From Anolis carolinensis (Eukaryota), in contig NC_085843.1 in NCBI RefSeq assembly GCF_035594765.1, positions 254,177,971-254,241,970 on the forward strand: a stretch of DNA of 64,000 nt, read 5' to 3'. The notes beneath the pieces were generated by a model. The model was given only the letters and a program-made list of their open reading frames with translations. It was not told the origin of the DNA and did not search any database. The translations under genes were made by a program, and so were the position numbers. Positions 1 through 12,620 of this stretch are shown here, in pieces. Each line of letters starts with the position of its first letter. The stretch's first letter is position 1.

Positions 1-33
1 CATACTGCAGGTTGCTTTTGATGTGAGAGAATG
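1..33 (-). mobile_element. Anolis SINE2-like 3' fragment
   Basis: catactgcaggttgcttttgatgtgagagaat matches the SINE copy at about 12038-12070. Confidence 0.5.
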
Positions 34-227
34 CCCAAATGCATTAACATCTTTGTAAAACAGCCGTTTGTAAAACAGTATATGATTTCATCCTACATCC
101 GCCCTGAATGTAAATATTACTTGTCCTGTGGTTTCTGATGCAAAAGAGACCAACAATCTAGGTGGACAGAGCTCCAGTGGGTTATCAGTACCAAACATTT
201 CATCCATGATAAATAATATGATTAACA

Positions 228-535
228 GATAATAATAATTTATTTGTTTGACCAGTCATATGACCATTTCAAAGTGCAATATAAATAAAAACAAGGCAAA
301 AAGGATGGGAGAACAGCAGGCAGCTGACCTTCTGTTTGCCATCAAAATCTTATTTTCCTGATTCTTCTTTCAGGAAATGTGATCTTTTCTTGATAGCTTT
401 CAGGATAAAAAGGCTTACTCTGATTACGGTGGATCTTTCTTGTCCTTGCAAGAGGACTGTCAGAAGATCATTTCTGTTGGGGGAATATGATGAATAGGAA
501 CAATAAGTATATTAAAGGATGGATCTCTCTAAACA
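228..535 (-). mobile_element. Non-LTR retrotransposon 3' end (RTE-X-like, tentative)
   Basis: Minus frame ends LLTVLLQGQERSTVIRVSLFILKAIKKRSHFLKEESGK*. It is followed by a 3' UTR with a GGTCATATGAC hairpin-like motif and an AATAAATTATT tail. Confidence 0.35.
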
Positions 536-1209
536 GTATTCATTTTTGGGCACAATGTTGCTCTCTCAAAGCTGATGTACTACAGCTCTCAGAATTTATC
601 AACACTGACCAGGGCTGCAAGGAGTGGCAGTCCAACAAATATCTGGAAGGCTGCACATTGCATGTCCTTGATCTATCAGTAGAAATAATTTGCTGGACCG
701 ACAGTGAAAAATAAATACCTTATTGATTTGTTACTAAAATTCTACAGAACAAAGAGCTGCATTAAGATGAAATGTCGGACCCAGAGACGTTGGTATTAAT
801 CAGCAGAGTAGGAGATTGTGTCTAAATCACCTTGCATAAGAAGGGATAAAGTAGCCCGTTTGACAATGCATGATAAACACTCTGGGTTAAGTTTGTCTTT
901 GTTGAGTAATCAACAATAAGCCCTAGGGATTTCCATCAGGAAGAAATGCAGCCTCACTCAAAGCTTCACAAAGGGACTTCTTTGTAGCCAGGGAGCTCAA
1001 TTGACAATAAAGAGGATCTCTAGGGAAGTCATCTAGAGCAGTAAAAGCTATTGCTGGCTCCCTCTAAGTCTGTGAGACTCTAATTTTGGAGACTTTTTCT
1101 GTTCATCGTCTAGCCATTTGTATGGACCATTATTAAAAAGAGGAAACATAATAAGGGAATTGTTTGGATTTTTTTAAAAGTGACCACCTCAAACTTCCTA
1201 GTTGTATTA

Positions 1210-1518
1210 CACTATGTAACTCAATTTTGTTCCTGGGTTATAAACGTCATTTCTTAATTGGTTATATCATAAAAACATGGGAAAAGTTTATTAAACTGCA
1301 AAAACTTTGTTTTTGTGGGACATCCTGCAGTACAATTTCCTATAGCTTTTCAATGAATATCTGATAGAGTCTCAGCCAAGTCAACATAATTTGTCATAGC
1401 CACAAAACAAAGTTTCTGGGGTATAACAATTACTTTCAAAATAAGTGCAGCACAATTAAACAGGAAATAATAGTTTCAAAGCAGGAACAGAAAATGTTTC
1501 AAATTTTATTACTTAGTG
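1210..1518. mobile_element. Chapaev3-like non-autonomous DNA transposon
   Basis: TIRs CACTATGTAAC...ATTACTTAGTG with TTA on both flanks (3-bp TWA TSD). A second copy is at 24880-26051. Confidence 0.75.
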
Positions 1519-1695
1519 TTATACTAGATACCAGGTTGTGTTATCTGTTCTTTGGGTGGAATAAGATAACATCCCACTACAAGAATTGATTTGGCCCAGA
1601 CACATGGTTGTATTATCCACAAATTGCCTTTATGCAGAAGAGATCATACTAAAAGGAGCTGATTTCCACATGTTCAAGTTTGTATTAGCAACCTT

Positions 1696-1697
<2 letters not shown>

Positions 1698-1749
<52 letters not shown>
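1698..1749. repeat. (TTA)n microsatellite, tail/target of R4 elements
   Basis: Pure TTA run; further runs at 1969-2017 and 2444-2496. Confidence 0.95.
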
Positions 1750-1968
1750 GACACAACGACATTGTATGACACAGCAAACAAGATAGATATGCTGGATTTT
1801 GTATCACAAAATCACAAGTCGAACACTTCCCAAGTGTTTAGGACTGTGTGATGTATTTTCGGATGATGCGCAAAGATCCAGTAAGGTGGCCTTTTGCAGT
1901 TGGCAGATCGTAATTTTGTCAATGTCTATTGTTTCCAAATGCCGGCTGAGATCTTTGGCACGGCACCC
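1750..1968 (-). mobile_element. R4/Dong-clade LINE 3' end, copy 1
   Basis: KDLSRHLETIDIDKITICQLQKATLL plus 3' UTR, with (TAA)n on both sides. Confidence 0.85.
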
Positions 1969-2017
<49 letters not shown>

Positions 2018-2442
2018 GACACAATGATGTTGTATGACACAGCAAACAAGATAGACATGCTGGATTTCGTTTCACAAAACCACAAGTCGAACACTTCCCA
2101 AGTGTCTAGGACTGTGTGATGTATTTTCGGATGATGTGTGCAGATCCCAGCAGGGTGGCCTTTTGCAGTTGGCAGATCGTAATTTTGTCAATGTCTATTG
2201 TTTCCAAATGCCGGCTGAGATCTTTTGGCACGGCACCCAATGTGCCCATCACCACCGGGACCACCTGCACTGGTTTCTGCCAGAGTCTTTGAAGTTCAAT
2301 CTTGAGGTCCTGATAGCGGCTGAGTTTTTCCTGTTGTTTTTCATCAATGCGACTGTCACCTGGGATGGCGACATCAATTATCCAAACCTTGTTCTTTTCC
2401 ACAACTGTGATATCTGGTGTGTTGTGTTCCAGAACTTTGTCA

Positions 2443-2443
<1 letters not shown>
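2018..2443 (-). mobile_element. R4/Dong-clade LINE 3' end, copy 2 (restriction-like endonuclease domain)
   Basis: HNTPDITVVEKNKVWIIDVAIPGD...EKLSRYQDLKIELQRLW...ITQS*, a PD..D-type REL endonuclease. Flanked by (TAA)n. Confidence 0.9.
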
Positions 2444-2496
<53 letters not shown>

Positions 2497-3085
2497 TGAT
2501 ACACAACATGATTGGTACACAACAAACAAGATCACTATTCTGGCTTCTGTATTGGATCACACATTGGACACTTCCCAAGTGTCTAGAACTATGTGATGTA
2601 TTGGCAAATAATGTGTGCAGATCTGAGTAGGGTGGCCTTTTGCAGCTGACAGATAGTGATTTTGTCAGAGCCGATTGTTTTTAAGTTCTGGCCAAGGCCT
2701 TTAGGCACTGCACTTAGTGTACCGATCACCACTAGGACCACCTTCACTGGCTTGTGCCAGAGTCTTTGCAGTTTGATCTTTAAATCCTTGTATCATGAAA
2801 GGTTTTCCAGTTGGTTCTCGTCAATTTTTCTGTCACCTGGGATTGCAACATCGACAATCCATACTTTTTTTTTTAACACGATCATGAGGTCAGGAGTATT
2901 GTGCTCCAAAATTCTGTCAGTCTGAATTCAGAAATCCTAGAGTAGTTTTATGTGTTCATTTTCTGTAACCTTTTCATGCTTGTGATCCCACCGGTTCTTT
3001 GTTACAGGCAGATAGTGTTTGTGATACATGTTCCAGTGGATCACCTGAACAACAGTATTATGCCTATACTTGTAGTCTGTCTATG
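2497..3085 (-). mobile_element. R4/Dong-clade LINE 3' end, copy 3 (different, more decayed subfamily)
   Basis: Minus translation DYKYRHNTVVQVIHW...ILEHNTPDLMIV carries RHN and PD motifs, with stop codons. Confidence 0.85.
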
Positions 3086-3595
3086 CAATCTTCCTAACCT
3101 CATTATTAGTACACATATCCTCTCCTCCCACAGAATTGAAAATGATAAGAGCAAGTGTTCTTGAGCCTTTTCTAAAAACAGTCTCGAAGAAGAGCCATGT
3201 TGGATTTGAATAAAGATTTCCTATTAAGCTCAGCATTCTGTTCACATAAAGGACAATGATTTGCTTCTGTGAAGCAGAATATAAGTGTGTAAAACATGTA
3301 CCACTTGTGTTTCCCAGTAACCGATACACAGATCTTTTGGCTTCCTTCTGACACTTATTTCAGTGTCTTTTATCATGCTACTTAATAAATATTAATTAAA
3401 TCATTCATCAGTATATCCACATTTTATGGGAGTGGGTGCTTTAATATGTATGTGTTGGAGTACTTTGATCTGCCACAGACATGAGATTTCTCAAGTCACC
3501 ATCATTTCACCCATTGGTCCCTTTCTCAGACATAAAAAAACAGGTTCAGTGTAGGCCTTAAATAACACGAATTTAGTCAATTAGGACAGAACAAG

Positions 3596-4365
3596 GGCCC
3601 TTCCAGACAATGTCAAAATGCAGGGCAAATAAGTGGGGCAAAAAAAAAATCACAGTACCATAAGGAAAGTCCAGACACGGAGATGTCAGTCTTGGTAAAT
3701 GTTCCCCTGGTGTCCTGACAGGTTTAGTTGTAGCGGGTTTTAGAAATCCACAAGATGGATGTGGGCATCTGCCGGAAGTTTACTTTTCATTTTTTCTTGA
3801 CTCTCCAAGATGTGCTGGACCTCATAAGTGCTGATGCGGATATACAAATGTGCAAACAAGCAGATCATTTGTAATCATTTATCCTCATCTGCTGCCTTTA
3901 CTTTTTTGTTCTTGAAGCCCGTTTCCCTTTGGGGTACTTCCCTGCCATACTGGTGCCCACTGTGTAAATTCAAGCTCTGTTTAATTTCATAAACATGAGA
4001 ACAAAGGAATTGTTGTCGAGAGCTCTCTTGAGAATTGCTTTTCATTTGTGCTTCCATTTAGCCACCTGTGTATCCATGGCTCAATTTGTTTACAGCCCTC
4101 ACCAGCTGTTTCATGATTTAAAAATGCGCAGATATGCTGGAGCAGTTCACACCAGTGTATAGCAACGAAGTCATGTGTTTTTCTTGACTGCAGGGATATA
4201 TGGTGATGTGAGTTTGCACATTTTTTGGCTGAGATTGGATGTAAGCGCACCTTTTTAACACGTGATTTTCAGCCATTAATGCAAACAGCATGCATTTTCC
4301 ACAAACATTGTGTAGCTACTCCACTTTTATCCCAGTTTTTTCTGCATTTTAGTCCATGGAGACTA
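3596..4365. mobile_element. Decayed PIF/Harbinger-like non-autonomous element (tentative)
   Basis: Starts GGGCCCTTCCAGACA. Imperfect inverted match between aaaatgcagggcaaataagtgg and ccacttttatcccagttttttctgcatttt. Confidence 0.3.
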
Positions 4366-4608
4366 TAAAGTCTTGAGTCATTCTTAACAGAGTGACCTCA
4401 GTATGAATGTTAAACCACCCCATCAGAACAAGCCAAGAGGAATGCATAATCAACCCAGGACCGCACAAGTTAAGGATAAGACACTGTTGGACAGTGGTGT
4501 GAATGGTAGACCAATGTAATCCTAATTCTGTCCTGAACACCACTTTCAGATACATGTTCTTGAAGTGACAAGTTACAAAATAGAACATTTGAATTCAGCT
4601 TGAAGATA

Positions 4609-4609
<1 letters not shown>

Positions 4610-4656
<47 letters not shown>
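4610..4656. repeat. (TA)n microsatellite
   Basis: Pure TA run. Confidence 0.95.
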
Positions 4657-4658
<2 letters not shown>

Positions 4659-6855
4659 CTGACTACTAAGGATCTTTTTTCAGAATAGCTGGCTTAAATT
4701 CGATAATAGGACAAATGCTTCTGTTGTAATTCAATTTTGTTTGCATTGCTATGAACCTTTTAGATGCTAAGAACAGTTGAATTTCAGTATATAAATTTCA
4801 ATTTACAAGTCCCTGCAGATATCTAGCAGATTTTTCTAGTAGACTTCCACTTGTGTCAATAGTTATCACCTGATTGGTTCCCTTATTATATCAATGCCAT
4901 GCAGAAAGCATACAACACTGGAAAAAGTAGGCTTTAGGAAGATGAGGATAGTATGGCAAACACCGGTGCCACTGAACATGGTTTACACATCCATTTTCTC
5001 TTCTCAAGTATAATTTATGGTGAAATTGGTTTTACAGGTTTTTAAACCACTCTGTTTGACCCATGATATATGGTTGGAGAGAAGAAAAATGAGCACTTAG
5101 GTTATGATAAATGTCTCAAATGTGCTGAGTGCAGTGATTCATCTATCATTCACTGATTCATACCTACCTAAAAGTTGAGAAAACCTGAAAACAAAATTAC
5201 CTTATCTTGTTATTTGGACAAATACTATATAAGTGTCAACAATCACTGTATATCTCCTATTTTGAGTATTCCCAAATTTTTTCTAGGGCTCCCAATATTC
5301 ACATGTGAATGACAACACTCACTGAATTTCAGAAATCTAAATATTAGAGGTCTGCATTTTTTTCATTAGTTGTAAGTCAATTAGTCATTTGATCGTAAGT
5401 TGTATCAAATTTGTTAGATTCATACTTACAACGTGATATCCATCACGTTGCATGGCCTGTGCCAAAACCTTAAGAATAGAAACTTGACCAAATGCATTTT
5501 GGTTTGCATTTTGTAAATCTCGGAAGCCTCTCAAAATCAGTTTCATTTTCAGTGAAAGGAAGCAAAGTAAAGCCAAAAGGGCTGCCTTTCCTCATTAGGA
5601 GATGGAAGCAGCAAGGAGAAAGCAGTTTGCTGGGAAAGAAAGCACAGGAGCCCTATGCCAGAGAATTCAAAAGGCCCTGCCCTAAACAACATTTCCTAGA
5701 ATTCTGCTCAGCATCTGAAAGCTCTAATCAGTATAGGGGAGAGATTTGTTCCTTCGTAGCAGCAGCCAGTCAGAGTTCCAATAAATTGTTGAATCTGCAA
5801 AGAGGAGGACTAACTGATACTTCTAGTAAGTAAATTTCTGTGCTGGTCTGGGAAGAAATCCCTAAATGGAAGTTCCTCTGGTTAATATGAGAGATATTCA
5901 ATGAGATAGCTGCTGTGGTTTTTTTTTATTTTAAAATGTTTTGTTCAAAACTTTTAAAAATTCCCTAAAATCAGTAGATGTATGAATATTTATGAAAATT
6001 GGGAAAATGATCCCCTGTTATCCTGTGTCATTATATAGAAAATTCAAGGAGATGGCTCTTGTAGTTTTTAAAAAATGGTGTCTATAAAAACTTTGAAAAT
6101 TCCCCAAAAATCCATGGATAAGGTAAACATTCTGAAACTTGATGGGCTAACAGTGGTAAATGTGTTCTACAATTGTAGCAAGTTTCACCCCAATAGTTGT
6201 AAAAATGAGGGAGAAAGGAGCTCCTGAAGCTTCCCCACTTGTGCAATTACTGTAATGAAAAAGTAATGAAATTTTCTTACTCTCGTTATAGTAATGGCAT
6301 TTTCATTAACAACATTTTAGAAACAAAATACTGGCACCCCCTAATTTTGTAATGAGTTTTGAAACTTTTTTTCATTGATTACACAGCAGATATATCTATA
6401 TCTGTCTTCATCCACACTCAGATACATTAAACCTAAAGTTGTTTCCTTCTCAGAAATGAATGCTTGCACAAATATTAGTGCATGCTTTCAAACGGAACCG
6501 TAATGCAATTATTCCCTTTCACCAAAGCCAAGTTGAGCACATACTGCTGTTCCCAAAATGGAGATGACAATTTTCTAGGTCAGGAGTGGCCAACATTAGT
6601 GAATCCCTGGGTCTATGTTTTCTCCTTGATACTTGTTATGGGCCTCACCTCTCTTGCCATTTAGCTGAAATGTGGTGGTAAATCTGGTTGAGATTCACCA
6701 AACAAAAGCAAAGTGCTATAATTCTACGTGGATCAGATCTCTTCAGATAAGGAAGGGCAAGATATGAGCCCAGAAGACAGGCTTTGATCAAAACCAGGGG
6801 ATGATGGCAATCTGTCTTGGGACCAGAGAAGACTGCCAGCCCTACTGCAGAAGCA

Positions 6856-7271
6856 TGTCCTGGACCTTTACACACAGCTCTTGAACAATGGATACTAGGG
6901 TGTTTCATCTTTCAGCGCTTTGCAGACTTAAATGGCAGTAACAAAGACAAAGGTGTGGCCAGCTTTGAAAGAGAAATATTGGAGTAATGAGGTAGTAAAA
7001 CTGTAAATTAGAGCAGGTAAGGCTGCTACTGTGCTGTAAACAACCAATTCCACTCTCTTTGGCATCAACCTGTGGTCTAATTTACCGGAATTCAGCTTGC
7101 TCTTTGAACTCTTCTGCTTTGCAACTCCCTGAGTAGTATTCACCCTGCTCGGAGTGCTTTTTGTGCTTAGACCTTATACAGCTTTGATCATGTCTGCTCC
7201 TAGGGACTCTGGGTTTGGTTTGGCATCATTTGTTTTCTTGAACTAGAGAAGAACTTACCTGGGACAGGACA
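6856..7271. mobile_element. Possible solo LTR
   Basis: Inverted termini TGTCCTG...CAGGACA about 416 bp apart. No recognisable TSD. Confidence 0.3.
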
Positions 7272-9059
7272 CATTAATGGCCTAGTTGGATGAACTGATG
7301 AAAACAACATTCAATGACTGTTAGGTACCACTATAACGGTTATGTGATAAAATTGTGGAACAATTGTGTTACAACAATTCAGCCATCACAATAAATTGTT
7401 TGGCAAGATATTTCTCTGAGCACAAGCTTTGACCAGGTATTTGCGATCAATACCAGAATCATGTTCACAACTCCTCCATGCAACTTATATTCGTGGTTAC
7501 CCACAAAATATTTTTTGCAGCAATCTCATTAGGGAAAGGTATGCTGTTAGACACTGTAATATTCGAATTTTTTTTTGGTTGACACATTGCAGATTGCACA
7601 GAGATTTACCAGTATATTCTGATTTATCTTCTGATCACCCCCTACTCTAAAAAGTCAGCTTCAACTTTGTTCTGCTATTCAAGTATAACAATGCTATGTT
7701 TTCAGTGGCAATTTCAGCTAAGCTTCACCTCCTATTTTCCAGTTGCTTCTAATACCCAAAGTTGCCAAGCCATTTGTTCTTTTAAAAGAGAAAGTCCAAA
7801 AGTTGGAGCATAGCTCCCACTAAATTGGGATGAGGACCATACTTCCTCAAATAAGAATTCTGCTTTCCAATGACATTTTCATTTAATCCTCAAGTTGCCA
7901 TAACTAAAAGCTTTTAAGCATTTTAGAAATATAGTTTATCTCAAGAAAAGGAACAAGAAACGTGACCAAAGAAACACAAAGACAAGCAAATAGAAGAACT
8001 CTTGCTGTGAATGATTTTCAGTGTCTCATTCTTTGCAATGTTAGAAATGTGGAAACTGAAGGAGAAATGAAACAGACGAAAAGTGGTGGGTAGGGGCAAT
8101 GCTCTCCTTTTGCTCCCCTCCTGGTAGCTACATCTATGCTAAAAGCAGTGTTTCTTGTATTGCATCCATTCCACTGATGGCAAAATAATTTGGTTCAGCT
8201 AAGCACAGGCATGCTTAACCTGCATTGGGATTCTACAGCATAGCTATCCCAGCAGTAAGGCTGGTAAGTCTCTGTGGGGGTGAAACAAACCTGCAAGCCA
8301 TGTTCTAGCAGCTTCCTAACTAGTCACTTCCTCCCCAAATGCTAAGGTGACCAGATCACTGATTTCATATCTGCTGTAGAAACCAGTCCTGTACAGTTCT
8401 TATGTAGAAACAGAACATACAAGCCCACTTTTCCTAAGGAAAATAACAATGCAGCTGGTTATTACCGGGAGAATATTATCCATATCATTTAGAAGCCTTA
8501 TACAAACTTACACTCAAAATAGCTACCTAGTGGAAATTGGATATATTCCTTCAGACATAATAAATGTAGCAATAAATCAGAGTAATGGCCTATAGGTATA
8601 ACCCACAGAGCTCTCTGAATTGCAGTAAAAGCCACACCATAACACTCTGAGCATCAGCTGCTGGCTCAGAACTGAAGACATAAGCCACCCCAAGGAAGGT
8701 GAAACCTTTATAGCATAATTGTTGTCGACTGCAGCAACTTTCTCCTCATGGTAAAATTGCGTGCAGCACAGGTAAAAACTTGAATTTAGGTTATTAAAAA
8801 ATACTGAAATCACTGCTATTGCCTGTAGTAAAGGGTGGATAGAGACCACTCAATTTGGACTACAACTTTGGACTACAATACCTAGAGTCCTGTAAACAGT
8901 ACCAAATAGCCTTCTAGTGCTGCTTGGGGAGAGTTATGCTTTGGGCAGCAACTCCCTGTGTCCCAAACCAGCCTGGTCCATTGAAAAGATAACTTTTCCA
9001 AACTGTAACACTAAGTTCTTGGACATGAATTTAGGATTATGATTATGAACAAGGATTAT

Positions 9060-9284
9060 GGAGGAATGCATTTATGCACTTTATATGTTTTTAATCTGTT
9101 TGGTTTATATGTTTTATCTGCAAAACTGTTTTAATTGTTTTTAATTGATGAGATGTGTTTTATTACTATGATTTAAGCGGCATTGAATCTTGCTGGAATT
9201 GTAAGCTACCTTGAGTTCCCTACGGGGTGAGAAAGGTGGGGTATAAATGAAGTAAATAAATGAATAAATAAATAAATAAATAAA
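9060..9284 (+). mobile_element. L2 LINE 3' UTR/tail with (TAAA)n
   Basis: gtaagctaccttgagttccctacggggtgagaaaggtggggtataaat-(TAAA)n is the same tail type as 53950-54022. Confidence 0.75.
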
Positions 9285-9971
9285 TGATGCCTTGTCTCCT
9301 CATTCCTAAAGAGAGTGGGCTATTGGTACATATTTTGCTGACTCAAACAAAACTCTCAGTTGTAGGCATTTGCATTTGTTGTACAGCCAAGAATACACAC
9401 TGAAAGCTCACTAAAATCTCCAGACTTCAGTCTCTGCTCCTGAGTTTTAGGGCCTGGCCTTGCTTCTCTCTTCCTCAGGACAAAGGGCTACAAATGGTTC
9501 CAAGCTCATTACATTCAATGGAATAAAATTGTTGCTTTTTCTCTCCTAGCTAAAACTTCAAAGCTCCTTAGAATAACAAAATGATATGGAAGATGCTACA
9601 GATATTAAATTGAATTCCTGCAAGTAACAGGAACAATTGTCTTAATATACCAGTAATGTCCTTTGTTATATTTTAAGTATTTCCATCTGTTTGACTGTAT
9701 GTAATACGATAACTTGCAAATTAACCTGGAGTCATCGAAATATGCTTATTCATAACACTATTGCATATTTCAAGTTCTGGTCCAATCCATCCTTATATAT
9801 TGGTGAGGCAGCCATTAGAAGTCTGAAAATTCATTTGGAATGGTAATTTTCATTGTTGATTGTTTGAGTGATGAAATTTCTATTCCATTTCTCAGTCCAC
9901 ATTTCAAACAATTCATCTACTGATGTCTCAAGACAGGCAGCCAAATATTTACAGTGATCAAAATAAATATA

Positions 9972-10175
9972 TAATATGACCCCCCCCCCCCTTATCCATG
10001 GATGATACATTCCAAGACCTCCTGTGGATAGTGAACCCTAATGTTTTTACAATACTTGGGCCAAAAGCATACTATAGAATCCCATTGGAGGCCCACAAAC
10101 ACCAGGGATGATATTTTTGCAGTGTGGTAAGTGAAACTGTGGATAATCAAATTTATGGATCAAGGGGTCATTTTG
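9972..10175. mobile_element. Old Tc1/mariner (Tigger-like) MITE
   Basis: TA-flanked imperfect TIRs TAATATGACCCC...GGGGTCATTTTG and ATCCATGGAT subterminal motifs. Confidence 0.55.
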
Positions 10176-11099
10176 TATACATTCCAAACACCTAAAAGCA
10201 CATGAAGAAATCAAATAATATATCACAGAAAAATAGTATAAAGGAGAAATAATGAATCCGTACAGTTAGAAATGGTGAAGACTACAAATAACTCAGCCTT
10301 CTCAAGCAAAAACCTCCTGTAATCTGTGCTTTGCTGTTGTGCTCAAGACCTGTTGCTGACTGTCATTCTGTTCGGACTAAGTACTGGTAGCATCTATGAT
10401 CTTTGAGCATGTAATTTGCGGAACCTCTTCAGTTTCATTCTTGCTCCATCTCTTCTCCTTTAAAATAGTATAATAGCAAATCCATGTAAGCTGCCAAACC
10501 TTTCCACAGGAGCACACAATTTTGTCTGGCGAGCATTACATTAGCCCTTTCCAGTTGGTGTTCAAAAGCAATGCCTAACAGACACTCAGCACTTTCATTC
10601 TCTCGTTGTTTCTCTAGCAAAGGTAATGAGTTCTTTTGTTTTGAAATGGTTTGTGCTACAAATTATCTTCATCAGTAAGCATGAATAGGTAAACTAAGTC
10701 CTAAAATGAAAACCTTCCTGGAAATCATGTCCTCTGGCCAGGAAGTTCCTCCTCCAAAACCCCAATCCCCTGGAACAGAGAGCACTGAATCTTTTAAACT
10801 CTACTTATGTAGCACTTTGATTCCTCTTTAACTACCATGGTTTTACCCTATGCAATATTGGAATTTGCAGTTTAGCTCTCTCTCACAGAGAATTTGAAAT
10901 GAATGGTGCTCAGTCTTTGGGCCTCTAGATGTTTGAGATGTTAATTTCCAGAGGTCCCAGCTAGAATGGTCAGTGGTCAGAAATATTTCATTGGCATAAG
11001 AGAAGCGGGGAACTTCTAAAGGACACCATCATATCTTGAAGTGTCATCAGCAATCTATTTTCCCAATTTTCCAACTTCTTTTAAAACATCCCAGTTTTT

Positions 11100-11459
11100 G
11101 TGTTGTCGAAGGCTTTCATGGCCGGAATCACAGGGCTGTTGTGTGTTTTCCAGGCTGTATGGCCATGTTCCAGAAGTATTCTCTCCTGACATTTTGCCCA
11201 CATCTATGGCAGGCACCCTCAGAGTTGTGAGGTATATGACACTTAGTAAGTATTATGTGTCAAGACAGGCAGCCAAATATGTATAGTGATCAAAATAAAA
11301 ATATAGTATGACCCTCCATAGCCATGGATGATACTTTCCATATCCATGGATGATACGTTCCATATACCTCACAACCTCTGAGGATGCCTGCCATAGATGT
11401 GGGCGAAACGTCAGGAGAGAATACTTCTGGAACATGGCCATACAGCCCAGAAAACACAC
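11100..11459. mobile_element. Penelope-like element insertion: inverted arms (11100-11238 minus, 11361-11459 plus) around a captured spacer
   Basis: The arms are reverse complements of each other and match the PLE copy at about 37645-37780. A 15-bp direct repeat AACATCCCAGTTTTT lies at 11085-11099 and 11460-11474. Confidence 0.85.
11375..11415 (+). ncRNA. Minimal type I hammerhead ribozyme motif in Penelope pLTR
   Basis: CCT-CTGAGGA-T-GCCTGC(catagat)GTGGGC-GAAA-CG-TC-AGG: CUGANGA and GAAA core boxes, helix II, palindromic ACGU helix III, and a GUC cleavage triplet at 11410-11412. Confidence 0.75.
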
Positions 11460-11699
11460 AACATCCCAGTTTTTCTTTCCTCCACCCCCACTTTCCCCTT
11501 TTGTCCTTAGCGTATGTTAGTTGTTCCATAGTGAGTTCAAAATTCAAAACTAGTTTGCTCTCAATTAACTTTGCAATAGGGACAAAAGAAGATAAAAAAG
11601 AGGGTGTGGAATATTAACTTGTGTGATCTTCCGATTGAATCACTTTTGCCATCTTGACCACATTTTGCTATTGCTACACATATCCTAGTTTTCAACTGT

Positions 11700-12620
11700 G
11701 ATTAGAGCGCAGATGGTGGAAAACTTGGCTTTATGCAAAGGACACAGTATAGAGGGCACCTTTGCTCCTATAAGGTGGTAATAAGCGCAGCAAAGAAAGC
11801 TTTCTTTTCCACACGCATTGTGTTGGCAGATTCATGTCCAGCTGAGCTGTTCAGAGTGGTGAGAGGTGTAACTCAGGTACCCTCCTCTTTGAATCCATTA
11901 TTAGAACCTTCAGTACTCACTGTGATGCCTTTAACAACCATTTCACAAATAAAATCTCTCACACAAAAGCTGACTAATCATTAGAGCAGAGGCTAACAGT
12001 GTGGTTTTTAAAAATAATGTCAGAAGTGACTTGAGAACATACTACAAGTTGTTTCTGATGTGAGAGAATTGGCCATCTACAGAGACATTGCCCAGGGGAC
12101 GTTACCATCCTACTGAGAGGCTTCTCTCATGTCCCTGCAAGCTAGAGCTGACAGACAGGAGCTCACCCTATCTTGCGCATTTGAACCGGCAACCTTTAGG
12201 TCAGCAACCCAACCTTTAGGTCCATAGTCTAGCCGACACAAGGGTTTAACTCATTGTACCACTGCGGCTCCTAACAAAGTGGTGCTCAGCAACTCTGTGA
12301 GTGGGATTACACTGGATCAGTTTCAATTGGTGAGTATTATTGATATGGACAAGCTGCTGGGACAAGTAAGAAGGATGATCCTTGTCTCTCTTGGCTAGTT
12401 GTCCAGGGAGGCGATGTAATTCAATTTCAAATACAACAAATTATTAACACATCTCCCATGGAGGGGAATTTTCCATCCTATTTAGAAGAATCTGTAGTTA
12501 GACTGCTGATGAAAAAGCCCTCCCTGGATTCCCTGGACCTTTATAATTGCAAACCAGTCTCTAACCTTCATTTTTTGGGCTAAGTGATTGCAGTTGCCCT
12601 CCAAATTCAGGCTGTCTTAG
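11700..12620 (+). mobile_element. Decayed L2 ORF2 fragment split by a SINE
   Basis: AAKKAFFSTRI...PAELFRVVRG before the SINE; LLMKKPSLDSLDLYNCKPVSNLHFLG (start of RT) after it. Confidence 0.75.
12005..12271 (-). mobile_element. Anolis SINE2-like tRNA-derived SINE
   Basis: Minus head GGAGCCGCAGTGGTACAATGAGTTAAACC with B-box-like GGTTCAAATG and a Vingi-like TGACA/A-rich tail. Degenerate TSD ctaacagtgtggt / ctaacaaagtggt. Confidence 0.8.

Noticed and set aside
1698-2496. Repeat-spacer pattern superficially like a CRISPR array
   Set aside because: The repeats are microsatellites, the 'spacers' are homologous LINE ends, the DNA is eukaryotic, and there are no cas genes.
1586-2630. ORFs with poly-L/I/Y tracts resembling signal peptides or TM helices
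   Set aside because: They are translations of (TTA)n microsatellites joined to R4 fragments.
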